Assembly: GCF_963921235.1 (NCBI RefSeq)
Contig: NC_086097.1
Coordinates: 163,620,001 to 163,684,000, forward strand
Reading direction: 5' to 3'
From: Mobula hypostoma
Taxonomy: Eukaryota
DNA: 64,000 nucleotides
Part shown: positions 1 to 12,543 of the stretch, in pieces
Layout of the letters: each line of letters begins with the position of its first letter
Numbering within the stretch: the stretch's first letter is position 1
Position numbers and translations under genes: made by a program
The notes under the pieces: model-generated
Databases searched by the model: none
What the model saw: only the letters and a program-made list of their open reading frames with translations
Told to the model about the DNA's origin: nothing

Positions 1-2629
1 TTTGCAGATTGGCGGCCTCACTGGAGAAGTTGCCTCAGTGTGTTTCTTTGTAAAAAAAAATGTTTGATGTCAATCAGAATGACTTTTATCTGGTAAATTA
101 TATAATGGTAAGAAAAGTATTTGCAGAAAATATTTTCTCATCAAGATTCAGTCAAAAAGATTGGAAGATTGGAGTAACTCTTCAATGATCTCCAGTGGAT
201 ATGCACTATGGCTTCATTTTGTTATATACATGGGATTGTTAGTTTGATGTTACCTCAGTAACGGAATGAAAATTATTCTCACCTTCAACAGACAGACTGA
301 GAAAAGAGAGAACTGTAATTCTTGAGATTGCAGTGTTGATCCTCATTGTATTGGCCTTCATTACTGGGAGTGTGATCCCCTTTAATCCCAAAATCCATCA
401 CCTATTCTCGTTTGCACAAATGGACCAGGAGGGGTTCAATGGCCAGTCTGAGGATTTACAGTGTAAAGGTTTGCAAGGCTGTGGACAAGGAGCAAACAGA
501 ATTGAGAATGGGAATTCAGCACAGATCTATGGATCTGGTAGAAATTGTAAATCCATAATTCCCCTTCCCTAAAAGCATTGGTCAACCAGAATGGAGTTTT
601 CAGGAATCTAATAGGTTCATGAACATTTCAGTAGGCTGAGTTTAAAATTCCTCACAGGTATTTGATCTTTGTACAGTTGTGTTGTCAAGTCACCTAACCA
701 CCGTGCACTAATTCTCTATTGTACCATGACTGCTCATTAGATCCTTGGGATTTACGAAGAGTCGGCTACAGGTTGGACGTTTGGGATCGTTTCCTATGCC
801 ATATAATCCTAGACCTGTTATATCTGTAGAACCAGTTGTGTAGTTATACAAATATCAAAATCTTTTCCACCAATGCATCTGGCAGTTGTGTATATAAGTG
901 TAAATGTGGCTTTCAGAACTGATGATTCATTGTATGAACTTGATGCATTGTTGTATCAGACACTGCCTTTCAGAGAGGATAGCAGCGTTCAACAGCTTTG
1001 TCTCATCTGAGTAGTTGTACTTACAATGGCACCAAAGAAATCCACAGACAAAACGGGCTTGGTTTTGCAGTGTTGGCTGCCATCCCTGATTAACTGTCAG
1101 TTCCTGGAGGTCCAATTTCACAGTCCATAAATCTTGGTATTCTGGCATTTTGAATGCTGAGATCTCACTAATAACATCAACATTATGTCAGCACTTATAC
1201 TGGAACTTATCTCTAACTGCTGATGTCATCTCAGCAGGGCTGCAAGAGCACTGAATATTACCCGCACTTTACAGTCAATAGAAAATGGAAGCAAGTGTGT
1301 CGTGCTCGATAGTTACCTCGTTCCCTGGCAGAAATACTGCTTTGTATCCAAACAGTATTTTTTGTTATGTGACTTGAAATGTTTGGCGAATTGAGTTTGC
1401 TTGTCCATTTTTCTCAGTGGTGCTAGTTGAGGGGCAGTGGACAGGTAATGAGTTTGTGTGTAGATTCCCAGAACAGCACCACCTGATATATTAGCTGAGG
1501 AATCACTTCAGTCCAAATATTTTGACAACAGCGTTTATGAATCTGCCAGTAACGTAATAAATGAAGGGATGGCATGATAAGTTAAGGGGCATCAGCAGGT
1601 CACAATGTGTCAAGGATTCTTCCCCTCAGTCCTGCCTTCCAGCTTGGCTTCATATTCCTTGATTCACCATATTTACTGTATAAAAACCTTTCAGTGATTG
1701 AATGTCCAGTTCTTTCTCTTGTCCATCCAGATAATCCACCTGTTCCCCTGAATCAATAATCCATGCCCCTTGACTCTTCAACCAGTGGAAGTCTCATCTA
1801 CCTTGCCAATCCCTAGAATTACCCCTGCTTCATTGTTTTAAGTTCCAATAAGTGCAGGCTAATCCTTCGTTATTACTCTCCTTGAACTACTGTGAGAATT
1901 AACTGAATATATTAATTCATTTTAACTGGGAAAGAAGGGAATAGCCTGGGGCCAGTATGGACAAGGACAGTCAACCAAAGGACAGCTTTCTTTACCAAGC
2001 ATTTCAGTAAATTGACAAGGGCAGAATTCCCAAGGCTGCAAATGATAGCTGGAGGCTCCAGTGCATCTGCCAACTTATTGGACAATATTGAAGCTGTTGC
2101 TTTTCATTCCACCATGCCACTGGGCAGAATTTTTAAGATTTTACCATGAGCCACCAAATGATAGTTTGAAGGAGCGAACTTGCACCCATGATGCCTGAGA
2201 TTTGGCAGCCTAGAGAATAGAGCAACTTTACCCAAACATGGAGACTGGGACTGATGGGAGACGAATAGCCTAAAGAGGGTGATCGGTAATTCAAAGGCCA
2301 GCTATATTCTTGGAAGGCAAAAACAACTAGCTGATGGCAGCAAAATCATTTCTCCTTGGATTTTGGGTGTAGGAACGAAAAGGAAGGTCAGAGAACATGC
2401 TAATCTTTCCGCAGTTCTCTTGCCCTTACCAATTGCGTCTTTCTGGGAGATGAATGTTAACACAGAGGCCAAAGACTGTAGAGGTAAAGTAAAAAATAAA
2501 CTCCTCAGCATCGAGGATGTGTTGTTTACTTCTTCATAAATGCTAGTTAAATCATTGTTACAATGAAATCTTTTAATAAATTCTGCTATACTGTGCTGGT
2601 TAAGACCAAATCAGTGTGAAATTCTGTTG

Positions 2630-2960
2630 TGTGACATCCTGCACTTTAGGATAGAGAACTCCTAAGATTTACAACCTTCTGAAAGAAGGAGTTCCTCTTT
2701 ATCTGCCACCAATAGGTGACCCCTTATTCTGAAACTGTGACCCTGATTTTCAGATACTATCATAAGGGAAATCTTTATCTTAGCATCCAATCTATCCATC
2801 CCTCTCTGAATCTCATTTGTTTCAATAAAATCGCCTTCATTTTTTTTTGAACTCTTGAAATGTATAAGCCCAATTTATTAAATCTTTCTTCATCACTCCC
2901 TTCATTCCAGGAAACAATCTGGTGAACTTTTCTGCACCATCTCCAGTCCAAGTATCTACA
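2630..2960 (-). mobile_element. CR1 LINE 3' fragment (old)
   Basis: Degenerate reverse complement of the CR1 ORF2 C-terminal region seen intact at 45450-45700. Confidence 0.5.
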
Positions 2961-2973
2961 AGTGTTTGGTCAC

Positions 2974-3415
2974 TAGCGAGTAGTTAATGTTGTTCCATTA
3001 TTCAAGAAAGAAACCAGGGTTAATCCTGGAAACTATAGACCGGTGAGTCTCACGTCAAGGGTAAGGAAGATACTAGAGAAAATTCTAATGGATAGAATTA
3101 ATGAGCAGTTGGACAACCATGACTGAATTAGAAAGAGTCAGCATGGCTTTATGCAGAGCAAATCATGTCTGACCTACCTGGTTGAGTTTTTCAACTAGGT
3201 GATGAGGGTGATTGATGAATGTGTTTGTTGCTTAGGTAGATTTTAGTAAGGCATTTGACAAGTTCCCTCATGGGAGGCTCATCCAGAATATTAAGATGCA
3301 TGGAATCATGGATTCAGAACTAGGTTGCCCATAGAAGACAGAGGGTAGAGGTTGAAGGGACTGATGCTCACTCAAGGTCTGTGGTTAATGTTGTTCCACA
3401 GGGATCTGTACTGTT
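2974..3415 (+). mobile_element. CR1 LINE RT fragment
   Basis: Encodes degenerate [42 protein letters not shown] motifs. Confidence 0.8.
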
Positions 3416-4057
3416 GTTGGCAGAATTTCAACAACATCAGGAGGCGCTAAGGAGTGAGGTAGGTCAGCTGGTTGAGTGGTGACGCAGCATTGACCTTGCA
3501 CTCACCATCAGTAAGACTAAGGAATTGATTGTGGACTTTGGGAAGGGTAAGTTGAGGGAACACATACCAGACCTCAATGAGGGACCAGAAGTAGAAAGGG
3601 TGAGCATTTTCAAGTTCCTGGATGTCAACATTTCTGAGGGTCCAATATATTGATGCAATTACAAATAAAGCATGGCAGCGACTATATTTCATTTGGAATA
3701 TGAGGAGACACTAGCAAATTTCTACAGATGTACTTTGGAAAGCACTCTTAACAGGTTGCATCACCATCTGGTATTGAGGGGCCTCTGTACAGGATTAGAA
3801 ACAGCTGCGGAAAGTTGTAAACTCAGCCAGCTCCATCATGGTCACTAGTCTCCCTGGTATCCAGGACACCTTCAAAAGGCGATGCCTCAAAAAGACAGCA
3901 TCCATTACTAAGGAAACCCATCCCCCAGGATATGCTCTCTTCACATTGCTACCATCAAGAAAGAGGTACAGGAGCCCGAAGACACACTTACAATGTTTCA
4001 GGAACATCTTCCCATCTGCCGTCAGATTTTTGAATGGACAATGAACCCATGAACACT
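3416..4057 (+). mobile_element. Rex1/Babar-like LINE 3' fragment
   Basis: KTKELIVDF, FYRCTLES.LTGCIT.WY, HPPGYALFTLLPS.KRYRS.KT..RNIFPSAVRFLN motifs (ORF 3838-4044). Confidence 0.7.
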
Positions 4058-4662
4058 CAGACATCCCACCCTGCAAAAACTCATTTCAGGGAGGTAGCAC
4101 CATCAATTTACGGGAGACTCTGGGAACTTCTGGGAGAGGTGGGATGTCTGCAATAGAGTAGCTCCTTAGCAGCTAGCCAGCTAGTTTAAATAACGTTAGC
4201 TATGCTAATGAACGAATGACACCTGTTAAACTCACCTCAACATGTCTTTCACAGTCTTAACCCACCATGGGCAATAGAAAAGTCATGTTGCAAACAGTGC
4301 AGCGAGCAACACTGTCATTATTTTTAACCCCTATTAGGCAGGGGTACACTTTAGGGTATTTAGGGTAGTCTGGGGTGACATACGTTTTATATTTTCTTTT
4401 TTTGGAACACTCTGCCATGGCGCCCTCTCTCTCACACTCTTCTCTCTCTCTGTCTCTCTCTCTCACTCTCTCATTCTTTCTCTCGTGCTCTCTCGCGCTC
4501 TCTCGTGGTTGCTCTCGCGCTTGCTCTCTCTCTCACTCTCTCTCTCTTGCTCGCTCTCAAAAAAGTTGATTTCTGGGATATTGTACATAACTTCCGGGCA
4601 TCAGGGAGCCACTATTAATATGCGGGAGACTCCCGGAACTTCCGGGAGAGGTGGGATGTCTG
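4058..4662 (-). mobile_element. Non-autonomous hAT-like DNA transposon with 6-bp TSD
   Basis: TIR cagacatcccacc / ggtgggatgtctg; TSD aacact at 4052-4057 and 4663-4668; minus-strand transposase N-terminus with CxxC zinc-finger start (ARCTVCN..FSIAHGG). Confidence 0.8.
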
Positions 4663-5889
4663 AACACTAACTCAGTCTTTTTTTTAACTATCTCTTCATG
4701 CACTACATTATTATATAAAAAAAAAGATATATAAATAAATAAAATATGGTAATGGCCTCAGAATAACCCAAAGGCAGAGACTGGCATTTCACAGTGAAAC
4801 TATACTGTTAATCTCCAACTGTTACTAAATCCTGGAGAAGTGATCTGTAACTAAATGGTATTTGCAATGTGAAAGAAATTTGTAGCAAGTGTTTTATGTT
4901 CTTCAGACTAAAGGAAAGAATACTCTGTACACTAAACTGGACTCTGGAGAGTTATTAGTCAAATATGACTCATTCCGTAGGAATTTGTTTATGTTGTTGC
5001 CTGGTTTTAGCTTTTTCATGGCAATTTAAATCTCCTAAACCTCAAACTCATTCATTTGTTAAAAGATCTTCCAGGAACATGACTGCACATGTTTACCCTT
5101 GCAATGCTGCAGGTTATTTGAGTTCAGTTTATGTACTGTAACATTTGTGCTTTAACTCTGACTCTGATGAAATGCTGTTCTTAAACTTCCTAGCATGTTT
5201 TAATTCTCGTAGCAAATGCTGTAAATATGACAGAACACTTCTGCATTATTATTGCCTTAAGTCAGATAGGAAAAGAAGAACTGGATTAAATTACCGAAGT
5301 AAGTGACTGCTGCCTCTGGCTTACTAACATGTCACAAAGGCTTTCCACTACATTTTGCACAGCTTCCATGTTTGGCACCATGGGCTATAGAGGTGCTTTC
5401 ATTTTCCTACAACACGAGTCAATACTTCACTTTGTTATCTGGGATGTGTCAAGTAGAGTAAAGGTAAAGAGGTAAGTGCTGGATTGCCATGTCATTTCCT
5501 CGCGATGTTGCTAAACTTGTTAAGACCGCTGATGCAACTTCGTTGGGCTGTAGTCAGCTCAGACTGAGACTGAGAGTATTTTCGCAGCAAGAGTTGTCCC
5601 TCAATGACAATGTAACAGCTGTTAATTAAAAATTATGCACCATCACCAGGACAGGATTTTTTTACAAAAAGAGTGGTAGTTGACTGGGACACACTCCCGG
5701 GGTGGTCGAGCTGGTAGATTCAACAGCGGCATTCAAGAGGCTTTTAGATAGGGATATGAACGGGAAGGAAATGGAGTGACATTGGGCACGTACAGGCAGA
5801 AGGAATTAGTTTGATTTGACATCGTGTTCGGCAAGGACATAGCCGGCTGAAGGGCTTGCTCTTGGGTACATTCTGCGTCTTACATAATC

Positions 5890-6915
5890 AGAGGAGCACA
5901 GTGCAGCAGTTATTGCTGATGCCTTGCAGGTCCCAGGATGAGCTCAGTCCTGAGTGTTACTGCTGTCTGCGTGGAGCTCGCCCGCCCTTCCCGCATCGGG
6001 GTGGAGCTCACCCACTCTCCCCGCGTCGGGGCGCATCTCACCGCCCTCCCCGCGTCAGGGCGCAGCTTGTCCGCCCTCCCTGCGTCCAGGCGCAGCTCAC
6101 CCGCCCTCCCTGCGTCCGGGCGCTGCTCGCCCACTCTCCCAGCGTCGAGACGCAGCTCGCCCGCCCTCCCCACGTCCAGGCGGAGCTCGTCATTCTCCCC
6201 GCGTCAGGGCGCATCTCACCGCCCTCCCCGCGTCAGGGCGCAGCTTGTCCGCCCTCCCTGCGTCCAGGCGCAGCTCGCCCACTCTCCCCACATCGGGGCA
6301 CAGCTCGCCCGCCCTCCCCACGTCCAGGCGGAGCTCGTCATTCTCCCCGCGTCGGGGCGCATCTCACCGCCCTACCCGCGTCAGGGCGCAGCTCGCCCGC
6401 CCTCCCTGCATCCAGGCGCAGCTCGCCCACTCTCCCCGCGTCGAGGCGCAGCTCGCCCGCCCTCCCCACGTCCGGGCGGAGCTCGTCCGCCCTCCCTGCA
6501 TCCAGGCGCAGCTTGCCCGCCCTCCCCACGTCGGGGCACAGCTCGCCCGCCCTCCCCACGTCGGGGCACAGCTCGCCCGCCCTCCCCGCGTTCGGGCGCA
6601 AGTCGCCCGCCCTCACTGCGTCGGGGCGCAGCTCGTCCACCCTCCCCGCGTTCGGGCGCAGCTCATCCGCCCTCCCCGCGTCGGGGCGCAGCACGCCCAT
6701 TCTCCCCGCGTCGGGGCGCAGCTCACCCGCCCTCCCCGTGTCAGGGCACAGCTCGCCCATTCTCCCCTCGTCAGGGCGCAGCTCACCCACCCTTCCCGCG
6801 TCGGGGCGCAGCTCGCCCGCCCTCCCCGCGTCAGAGCGCAGCACACCCATTCTCTCTGTGACAGTGAGGGTTTCCTTCTGGTGCTCTATCTTCTTCCCAC
6901 ATCCTAAAGACATTT
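5890..6915 (+). mobile_element. tRNA-derived SINE (HE1/V-SINE-like) interrupted by a minisatellite
   Basis: 5' part ...gctgtctgcgtggagct; 3' part ttctctctgtgacagtgagggtttcc...cccacatcctaaagac; similar to the copies at 24668 and 37630. Confidence 0.65.
5968..6856. repeat. GC/CpG-rich minisatellite, ~30-bp unit (ggcgcagctcgcccgccctccccgcgtcgg), about 30 copies
   Basis: Direct tandem repetition; produces 10-aa periodic ORFs in several frames. Confidence 0.95.
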
Positions 6916-8293
6916 TAATGAGTTAAACAGGCTACTGGAAGTGGCAAATAAGTCAAACAATGTTGGCTGGCATATGAAAGTGATCGATTTGCAGGACCAC
7001 AAGGAAATGGGGAAGAAGGAGCGGGACAAATAGAATTGCTTTGCTGGGAAGCAGCATGATCCTATGGGACAAGTGGTCTCTCTGATGTCATAGGTCAGGC
7101 AGACAAAGATACATAACAGGAAGAGCTATTCAGACAGAGGCTCAGAGCTTCCATACATCATGAGTGGTGCTCCACACTGGTACCACATGAGAATACCAGT
7201 GACCCTGCTCTGAAATGCTACACAGCGCCTGCAGTTCCAATGCTCCAGAGCAGCTGAATGGTTGGCTGATTTGAGGGTCAGAGGACTGAGCTGGAAATCT
7301 TTGGCAGTGATTTTAGGAGTGTTGGGTTTGGAGCAGTGAGGGTATAGTGGGATGAAGTGTGGCATGGAGAAGGACTTGGGAGGTATGGAGGGAAATGACT
7401 GTCTACCTTGCAGGTGTCTTCTGTTGGCACTGCAGTTTCAAAGCTTGGTTGTCTCAGGCACACCTATTGATTGGTACTCTGAGAACAATGTGCTCCAAAC
7501 TTCCCTACAATGCTCCAGAGACTCATCCACCAGCCTGCATTTTTATAGCGTGTTTGATTTACAATCTCATGATCATTAATCTGCCTCAGCCATTATTGAA
7601 AACACTTGGGGCCAATTGTATTATAAAGGATGCAAAATAGAATGGCCCCAGTATAAAAACTTCACTGTGTAAATGATACAGGGATAGACATGTTACCAGT
7701 GACTTGGTTGACAAGGTGTCAGTCAACAAGAATGAAGAAAAAACATGTAATATGGCAATTAACTTCAGAACTACATAAATTGCACTGCCTTATGCAATAA
7801 AGACAGGGCATTTCCCAAGGTGATCCAATTTTCATTCAATGGCTGACAGGAAGATTATATTTGACTCATATTTTCATTTACTAAATAAAATCAGCATTTC
7901 TCTAATCCTTCATTTCAAATTTCTTTAATTAAATTGAGGCTGTCCCCTCATTTCATGTGAAGCCAGCTGTGCTCATTTTCTTTAACTTCATGATAGAATA
8001 CTTTATTGATTGAATTACAGACCTTTTCAGTGGATTGTATGGGATTATTATCTGATGGAGCTTTTTAAAATTGTACATTTTAATAGAATCTTTATTTTGA
8101 TTGTTGTATCATCAGAGAAATTGGCTGCAAGGCAGAACATGATTCCATTCGAGAAGTGTAGGAGAAATACGTGTTTTGATGAGATGATTCTGGTGCATTG
8201 AGTGTGGGTCTTAAGAAACTTAAAATTTTGAAATAAGTGATTTTATAATTTTAAGATAAGTAAGGATATGCAAAGATAACAGGTTTAAGGAGC

Positions 8294-8652
8294 AAACACG
8301 AGGAAATCTGCAGATGCTGGAAATTCAAGCGACGCACACAAAATGCTGGTGGAACGCAGCAGGTCAGACAGCATCCATAGGAAGAAGCACAGTCGACATT
8401 TCGGGCTGAGACCCTTTGTCAGGACTAACTGAAAGAAGAGATAGTAAGAGATTTGAAAGCTCTTAGCTTTATCCCTCCCCCTCCTGTCTTCTCCTATCAT
8501 TTCGGATCTCCACCTCCCCCTCCCACTTTCAAATCTCTTACTATCTCTACTTTCAGCTAGTCCTGATGAAGGGTCTTGGCCCGAAATGTTGACTGTGCTT
8601 CTTCCTATGGATGCTGTCTGGCCTGCTGTGTTCCACCAGCATTTTGTGTGTG
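8294..8652. mobile_element. Penelope-like 3' repeat (pLTR) fold-back insertion
   Basis: Arms ~8335-8459 and ~8526-8651 are inverted copies; exact 13-bp TSD aggtttaaggagc at 8281-8293 and 8653-8665. Confidence 0.85.
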
Positions 8653-9469
8653 AGGTTTAAGGAGCCTTGGTTTTCAAGAGATGTTGAGGCTCTGGTTAAC
8701 AAGAAAGAGGAGGTACACAGCGGGTATAGGCAGGAAGGAACAAAGAGGTAGTTGACTTTAAGAAATGCAGAGAACACTTCAGAAGAAAATAGGACTAAAA
8801 GAAGGCGTGAGCTTGCTCTCGTAAACAAGGTGAAGGAGAATCTCAGGGATGTTTCTTGGGATCTATATGTAGAGCAAGTCATCATCTATGCATGGAGTCA
8901 AAAGAGATGGAGGAAGATCTTAAATGGATTTTTGGCATCTGTATTACTTGGGAGAATGACACAAGGTCTATAGAAGTGAGTCAAAACAGGAGTAAGGTCA
9001 TGGACTATATAAAGATCAGAGATTGTGTTTGTGGTCTTGAGGCCAATTAGGATGGATAAATCCCCAGGGCTTGTCAATGTGTACCCTCAGACCTTGTGGG
9101 GGGGGGGTGGGGGTGGTAGTGCAGAAATCAAGGGCCCTAGCAGAGATATTTAAAATGTCCTTAGCCGCGGGTGTGGTGCTGGAGGATTGGAGGACAGCTG
9201 ATGTTGTTTCATTGTTTAAGAAAGGCTCTAAGAATAAAGTGGGAAATTATAGGCCCGTGAGCCTGACATTATTAATGGTTAAGTTATTTGAAGGTATTCT
9301 AAGGGACTGGATGTACAGACATCCCGCCTCTCCCGGAAGTTGTGGGAGTCTCCTGCATATTGATAGCAGCTCCCTGACGCCCGGAAATTATATACAATAT
9401 CCCAGAAATCAATTTTTTTTGGGAGGGAGAGGGAGAGCGAACATCCTGATTGGTCTCTCTTCTTGCTAA

Positions 9470-10295
9470 GAGTGGTCCCCAACCACCGAGGGGCAAGGAA
9501 ACGATATGATTTGGCGATATGAAACGATATGAGTCAGCTGCACCTTTCCTCATTCCCTGTCACGCCCACTGTTGAACTTGAACGCACGCGATGTCATTAC
9601 CCACATATCATCCATGTCAGCGCGGGAAGGAGATCAACTCCTTGAGCTTGCAAATGACGGTGGGCTAAAAAGTATGTTTGATATAACATCTCTGCTGGCA
9701 TTTTGGATCAAAGGCAGGACTAAATATCCTGAGATAGCCACGAAAGCACTGAAAACGTTGCTTCTATTTCCAACATCATATCGCTGAGAAGTGGGCTTTT
9801 CTGCAATGAATGCAACGAAAACTAAATTGCGGAATAGACTGGACATAAGGAACCCCCTTCGAGTATCGCTGTCTCCCATCACCCCTCGATAGGACCGTCT
9901 TGTTGTAGGGAAACAAGCCCAGCAATATTGGTGTGTTGCAATGATTTTATATGTTCATACGAGGAAAATATGCGCTGTGTGTTTAACATCCAAACATTAC
10001 TTAAAATGTTATGATGCTATTAACTTATAATTGACTTATAAGTGATTTATAATTGACTTATCACTATTTTCATGTGAGGAAAATATGCGCTGTGTGTTTA
10101 ATATTAAATTCGTTAGATAAACCCTTTTAGAAATGAAATTGAGTGTATTAGCCACTTATAAGTGACTTATAGTTGACTTATCATCTATATTCCGGTTGTG
10201 ATTAACACCTGCCCCCCCACCCCGGGTCAGCTGGTCCGCAAGAATATTGTCAATATTAAACCGGTCCACAGTGCAAAAAGGGTTGAGGACCCATG
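9470..10295 (+). mobile_element. hAT Charlie/Buster-like non-autonomous transposon (C-terminal dimerisation domain remnant)
   Basis: TIR agtggtccccaacc / ggttgaggacccatg; ORF LAFWIK..KYPEIATKALKTLLLFPTSY, continuing GFSAMNATKTKLRNRLD. Confidence 0.85.
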
Positions 10296-10485
10296 CTAAG
10301 TAGACCTATCAGTTTTCTCTGTGGGCGGGCTTTACAGTCGACCCTAAAAATAATGACAGTGTTCCTCGCTGCACTGTTTGCAACAGTGACTTTTCTATTG
10401 CCCATGGTGGGTTAAAATGTAAAAGACATGTTGAGGTGAGTTTAACAGCTGTCATTCGTTCATTAGCATAGCTAACATTAGTTAA

Positions 10486-11395
10486 GGATTCTTACTTTTT
10501 TCTTCTTACTTTTTAACTTACGTTATTTTTTGTATTTTTTTTCCATGGTAACACGTTGAAGCTGTACCCTCTCTAACATGCTGGTAGAGAGAGTCTTATA
10601 TGGGTTTTTAGCACTAGTTTTTAGTTACATCCCGGCACGCGGGACAGAAGCATGGTCATATTGTGCATTCCAGGGACGAGCTGCTTGCGCTAATGCTGGC
10701 CCGTTTAGCGAGCAAAGCAGCAGACACCCTTGCTGAAATCTGGATGAAAACACACGGAGGATGCAGAGGGAGATCACAAAGTCGAGGAAAGAGGACTGGG
10801 TTGAGACAACAGAGACTTATGGAGAAGAGGAGTTCGGTGGGTAATAAAATGGACGAATTCACGGCGCTAGCCAGACGTCAGAGAACATTTTGGGAGTGCG
10901 GTGTAATGTGTTTCACTGGAATGGGGCTGGACGAGGACATACCCGATCAAAACTTCTCCATGGACGGCTTCCAGACCATTCCGGCTGACTGGAAGTGCAC
11001 TGAGAGCAGTAAGCGTAAAGGAGTTGGGTGCTTACTGTTCTGGTTAACAACAGATGGTGCAATCTGGGTCATATTACGATCGAGGAACGTGTTTGTAGAC
11101 CGGATATTGAACTTTTTACTGTTGGACTTCGGCCACATTCCACCGAGATACAACACTGGGCGGCACAGGAGGTCGTTCCTGGCTGTGGCCATCGAACTTG
11201 CAGCTCCTCTCGTGGAGGGTCAGACACCCTGAGACAATAGACTGGCCCTGGACTTTTTTCCATCTGGCATAGTTTGCATTTTGTTGTTTGATTGTTTGTG
11301 GTTTTTGCATTGCTATATCTATGCTCTATTCTTGGTTGGTGCGGCTGTAACGAAACCCAATTTCCCTCGGGATCAATAAAGTATATCTATCTATC
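10486..11395 (+). mobile_element. Internally deleted Rex1/Babar-like LINE (5' UTR and endonuclease start joined to 3' end)
   Basis: GNKMDEF..CGVMCFT..MDGFQTI..VLVNNRWC endonuclease start fused near 11135 to IPPRYNTGRHRRSFL; 3' end gggatcaataaagtatatctatctatc. Confidence 0.7.
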
Positions 11396-11698
11396 TAAAC
11401 TAGCTGGCTGGCTGCTAAGGAGCTACACTATTGATGTCCTATGTGATGAGGCCAAACTCCCTGTAGACTTAAAGTTGTAATAGAATAAACATGATAATAT
11501 AATATAAGTACATATTTTAATGTCACATTTTCTGCATATACCCAACTTGGTTTACAGGAATCACTAAACAGAGTATTACATGCACCCTTGGAGGTTGATG
11601 GGCCGGGGGGGGGGGGACGGGGATATGGGGTTGTGGGAGGCGGGGGTGCTACCTCCCTGAAATGAGTTTTTGCAGGGTGGGATGTCTGTGATATGTAA

Positions 11699-12543
11699 TG
11701 TTACATACCCCGTAACTGGGTTGCCAAACCAGCAGAAATGGAACGCTCGTTGGAGTCTGTGATTACTAGGAACTAATAAAGTTTTATTAAAGACATAAGT
11801 AATACAGTACACTGATTGTAAGGATATAAATGTAACAGATCAGCAATGATAATACACACATATACACAGAACTAGGGTAGTAGGAATCAACCAAGCTCTA
11901 TCGCAGTCTAAGGGTAAAATGATCAGTCTTAAGTGAAGCAGACTTCAGTTCAGTTTAGTGCAGTTCGAGGTAGTCGCTGTTGTTGTACCGATGGGGAGAG
12001 AAAGAGAGAGACAGTGGGAGATGCAATTGGTTTCAGGCAGACCTTTTGATGTCTTCGCAGTTGGTTTCGGGCAGACCTTTTAATGTCTTCTAATCCCACT
12101 GTGGTCACTGACTGTGACCTCTCCGTTCCGGATACAATTGTTCTTCCGCGGTGAACCTGGCACCCAGGCAAGGGCGGACACACACCCCAGGTTCCCACCG
12201 ATCATACCTTAACACCCTTTGAGCCTCTGATCGGTTCCCGCGAACTGGTCCTCCAAACTCCCACCATTTGTGGGGGCACACTGTTCTTTCCAGGGTCTCG
12301 TGGCGTGTCTCGTGCCTTAGCAAACCTGCTCCTTTTATCCCCCTGCTGGGGTATAACCTGTTCATCAAACTTCAAACAGTTCAGGTTCAAAGCAACTGGT
12401 CTGTCAATATCTGAATTGTGTTTCTTTCCTGTTAATCCCTCTCTTCTCTCTTATTAGCATTTTGAATGTTTCTCTGTTGTCTTTCATTATCTCTCTCATT
12501 AGCATCATCCGTCCGGTAGCTCTGCTTGGCGTCACACATGACA
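11699..12543. mobile_element. Solo LTR (Gypsy- or ERV-type)
   Basis: TGT...ACA termini; 4-bp TSD gtaa at 11695-11698 and 12544-12547; CR1 resumes immediately after. Confidence 0.75.

Larger units (their letters stand above)
9316..11688 (+). mobile_element. Second copy of the hAT-like element (same family as 4058-4662), containing nested insertions
   Basis: TIR cagacatccc at 9316 and gggatgtctg ending 11688; 10345-10480 is the reverse complement of 4195-4330; TSD not clean. Confidence 0.8.

Noticed and set aside
5968..6856. CRISPR-like array
   Set aside because: Units are contiguous with no unique spacers, there are no cas genes, and the context is eukaryotic.
5856..6926. Long ORFs (307-356 aa) in three + frames and on the - strand
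   Set aside because: By-product of a stop-free 30-bp GC-rich tandem repeat; no domain or splice support.
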